Virus record (IMG/VR): IMGVR_UViG_3300024272_000072
DNA: 64,000 bases
From: an uncultured virus (IMG/VR IMGVR_UViG_3300024272_000072)
Lineage: Duplodnaviria > Heunggongvirae > Uroviricota > Caudoviricetes
Direction: 5' to 3' (one strand)
Shown: positions 60,333 to 64,000 of the stretch, piece by piece
Layout of the letters: each line of letters starts with the position of its first letter
Numbering within the stretch: position 1 is the first letter of the stretch
The notes under the pieces: model-generated
Told to the model about the DNA's origin: nothing
What the model saw: the letters and a program-made list of their open reading frames with translations, nothing else
The model's database searches: none
Program-made: the position numbers and the translations under genes

Positions 60333-61352
60333 TTTTCTATTTATTCCTTAATCAAACCAACAAAATGCAACAAGAGAAAAAAAGAATCAGAAGTGTTTGA
60401 AAATATCACTTCGAAAATGTCAGAATCTGTTGTGAGACAGATGTGATATATACGAGATGTCGTATTTGTAAAGAATACAAACCAAGCAACTTGAAATATT
60501 TCAGAAAAGATTCTGATCCAAACGCACAAAGATTGATTCAACCATTATGTCTTGAATGTGCAAGACAAATGGAAAAAGCGAAAAGATATAAAAAAGTTGA
60601 AGCAGAAAAACCAATCACAAACGTTGAACAGAAAGAATTGTTTGATTGAAAAGTCTTCACGAAAAAAGAATCAGAATCAAACGAAACACTCGAATCAAAA
60701 ATCAACAAAATCTTTAATTTCTTATGACTGAAATAAAAATGAACATACAAGAAATAATCGACAAATATGAATCATTCAAAAAGAAATGATTGAAACTAAA
60801 CGAACAAGATATGTTCGACTGGCTTGAACTTCAAGATGTGATTGAAGACAAAGTGATTGAAATCAAATCAAAATATCTTGAAGACAAACTTGTATTCGAC
60901 CGTGATTATTGATTGCGTCTGATTGAGTTGAAAGACAAGAAAGACGCAGATTGAAAAAAGATTTTCACAGATACAACAGCAAAAGCATTTTGCGACAATG
61001 AGTTCTTTGAACGTGAACTTGCATTGATTACAGCAAAAGCAACGTATGAGAATCTGATGAACAAAACAAACAATGTTGTTGAATACATCAATGTGATAAA
61101 ATTATCAATGAAGAAAGACTTTACAATTTAATCAAAACAAAATGACAGAAACAAAAGACAAAATAATCAATCAATGATTATCGATTGAAAAAGACAAATT
61201 GTTCGCAATTTGCAAATGAGACCGAAAGCTTGCAAGAGTTGAAATGATGATGACGTTGAAGAACGTGTTGAAAGTTTCAATTCTCGAAGCACACGAGAAA
61301 ACAAAGCAACTGAAACCCGAACGAGAATCTTTTTATTCCTTAATCAATTAGA

Positions 61353-62159
61353 ATGAGACAAAAGATAGTTTATATATTGAGCATTTTATTCGCAATACTC
61401 GTGATTCTATGAATCGTATTGTTGAAATGAAATGTTGTTGCGAAATCAGAACCGATTCAAGAAATATTGAATCAGATACAAACAAATGAATCTGAACTGC
61501 AACAGCTTGAAATCAGACAGAATGAATTGAATCAATGAACTGCAATGTTGAAAGAAGAATTGTTCGTGAAATATTGATTGCAACTTTCAGAAAAAGAAGA
61601 AACAGAACTTTTGACTGATGAAAATTGAAATTGTATTTGATGAATCTGATGTTCAAAAGATGAACGAACACCGTGAAAATTGAATGAAAGTTGAAACGCA
61701 CAAGAAATGCCAATTGTTGAATGAAATGATTCACACGATAAATTCAAGAATCTTGCAATTGCTTATTGATTGGACGCTTCACAGATTCGAGCAGTCGAGA
61801 ATCACTATTGAATCACAGAATGAGTGATTCTGTGCATTACAGTCGCAGAAACATCTTGATGAAACAGATGAGCTTGATGAAAAAATATTTGAAGTGTATG
61901 AAGCAATGACAGATGAGAAAGACCAACTTATGCACTTATGGAATCTTGACTTGAAGATATTTGAAAAACATTGACGAACAGATATTTGTGAAAAAAACAA
62001 ACACTTTGATGTCTTTCAAATGCGTGAAGTTGTAAAGAAACAAACGACAATTGAAAAAGATATGCAACGAGTGAATCACACCGAGAAAAAAATATGACAG
62101 CGTGTCTTTCAACAATTTATTGAAGCATTGATCCAGCGACATTCAGCATAAGAAGATAA
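61353..62159 (+). CDS. Membrane-anchored lysozyme-like protein
   Basis: Homolog of 25460-26224. Confidence 0.55.
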
Positions 62160-62184
62160 AATTTATTTTCTTAATGCAAACAAA

Positions 62185-64000
62185 ATGAGAAAATCACAAA
62201 TCAAAGAATTGTATGATAAATTTCTTTGACTGAAATGTTCAATGTCAGTTTACTATCAGAGAATCAAACATTGAATTGATCCATTCACAGCAATGAAACC
62301 AGTTGAAAGAAAATATGAAGTCAGAAGCAAGAAATATTGAGCAGAGCTTGAACGATACAACAAACAACCACAACCGAAACCACCGAAGCAGAAATTCTAT
62401 TGAAGACTTCAAAAATGATATTCAAAAGAAGAAGCAATCAAGATTCAACTGAAATGTAAAGACAGAAAAAAGAGATGACAAAAAGATTTGTATGTGAAAG
62501 CATACACAGTCAAAGAAAGAAGATACAAACAAGATGACTATGAAATCAGAATCACGTATCATTCAGATGAAGCAAAAGTTTTCAAAGATGAATATGAAAG
62601 AATGATACGTGAAACTGAACAAAAACGAAATGAGACTGATGACATTATTGAAGCAAAAGAGCTGAAAAAGAAACTCGACAAACTGATTGAAGAATATGCA
62701 CTTTTTATTTCTTATAATAGCAAACAAAATGAATCATTGTAGAATTTGTTGAAAAACAATACCGAACATATTCAATTGATGACTTGCATTGCGATGTTCA
62801 GAATGTCGTGCGATTCAAGATGAAAAACTTTCAGAAATGATGTTTGAACACGACAGTCTTGAATCAGAGAATGAATATTTGAGAAGTCGTTTCTTTGATA
62901 CAGAAAGAGAATATGCTGAAAGAAATTACAAATATTCAAAACTGAAAAAAAGATATGATTTATTGCGACAAAGACATTCTGTCGTTATCAGAGAAAACGC
63001 AAGATTGACGAAAAAGAATGAAGAAATGAACAGAGTTTTTATGCAGAAATGCGAAGAAATGAGAAAAGAAATATTTGATTTGAATAAAAAAGTTGAAGAA
63101 CAATATCACACGATCCAACAATATGAGCAATGATTCGCAATTTGAAGCTATCATTGAGAAGAATAATTTTAGACCATAATCAAAAGAAATAATGAAAAAG
63201 AGAACATTCAGAAATAAATTTCAAGTATTCTCACTTGAAAGATATGATCCAAACACGTGAGACGAAGTTGTTTATGTTTCAGAAATGTTTGAAAACATTA
63301 TTGAAAAAGCAAAAAAAATTTGATATGAAAAATCAATTGATGTGTATTTATACGAACGAACGGCTGACTGAATTTGATATGTTCACGAGTGAAAAGACCT
63401 AAAGTTCAAATATTGAATATCAAAAATCAACTATACAGACAGAGAAAGAGTATGAATCAAATCAGCAATCATCGCAACTTTCTGAAAAGTAGAAGACGCA
63501 AAACTTTTTGAAGATATTTCAAAATATTGTGATATTTGTCTGCAACAAGAATAATTTTATATCAATTATTATTTATCAAATGGAAAAGAAACAAGAAAAA
63601 AGAGCTGAAAAGCCACAAATCAAAAAAATAATCACAGAATCTGAAATTTATTATTGAACAAATCGAAAAATCATAATTTCAAAAAGAATTCTTTCAAAAT
63701 CATATATTGTGAAAGTGAGACACAACACACGAAAAGAATCAACATTGATTGATAAAGATTTCAATACTTATGAAGAAGCCGAAGAATATGCAATACAATA
63801 TCTTGAAGAAACGATGAAATTTTAGTTCAAAATATTTCGAAAAATGAGACAGAAAATCAATCTTTTTGAAGATCCAGAATATAGAAGAAAAAAAAGAATC
63901 AGAACAGTATGAGATTTTGATTCTGCAAAAAGAAAAATGGTGAAATTATTTTGTCAGATTTATTTCTGAAATGAAAACTGTCGAAGTCGAATGGAATACA
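62185..64000 (+). other. Short hypothetical middle-region ORFs
   Basis: Packed frames open in the recoded code; 62185-62742 partly resembles 27256-27621. Confidence 0.45.

Larger units (their letters stand above)
33476..64000 (+). mobile_element. Phage B: second, syntenic but divergent genome, truncated by the window end
   Basis: Gene-by-gene homology to phage A in the same order; distinct codon usage (Gly nearly always TGA). Confidence 0.85.

Noticed and set aside
74..63154. Most minus-strand and short ORFs in the supplied track, and apparent widespread pseudogenisation
   Set aside because: They are shadows or fragments of long plus-strand genes that are continuous once TGA is read as Gly
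1..64000. Simple tandem duplication of one phage; CRISPR arrays; rRNA
   Set aside because: The two units differ throughout except for 266 bp; no repeat-spacer array or rRNA-like sequence seen

Overview
The window holds two related, syntenic, AT-rich temperate siphovirus-like genomes joined head-to-tail inside their terminase genes. Phage A runs from about 117 to 33209 and is a complete 33,093-bp unit. Phage B runs from about 33476 to the window end and probably also supplies bases 1-116. The supplied ORF track is misleading because both genomes use a recoded genetic code: TGA=Gly and CGA/CGG=Trp, as described for Absconditabacteria (SR1, CPR). All CDS coordinates below were re-read by eye in that code. 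Gene order in both is terminase, HK97-type portal, MuF-like head protein, protease/scaffold, capsid, neck, tail tube, chaperone, tape measure, Dit, Tal, tail fibre, diversity-generating retroelement (DGR), lysis region, tyrosine integrase, a structured early leader, replication/recombination genes and small ORFs. Comparing the two genomes reveals conserved or co-varying non-coding elements: (1) Avd-less DGRs whose spacer RNA is complementary to the 3' end of the variable repeat; (2) a structured early-leader RNA complementary to the integrase leader and, in A, to a late terminator, with no recognisable repressor gene; (3) a pseudoknot and a probable +1 frameshift at the tail chaperone. Phage A also has a poly-G-frameshifted Mom-like DNA-modification gene followed by a non-canonical tRNA-Gly-like RNA. 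All functional calls come from motif recognition; no database searches were run.
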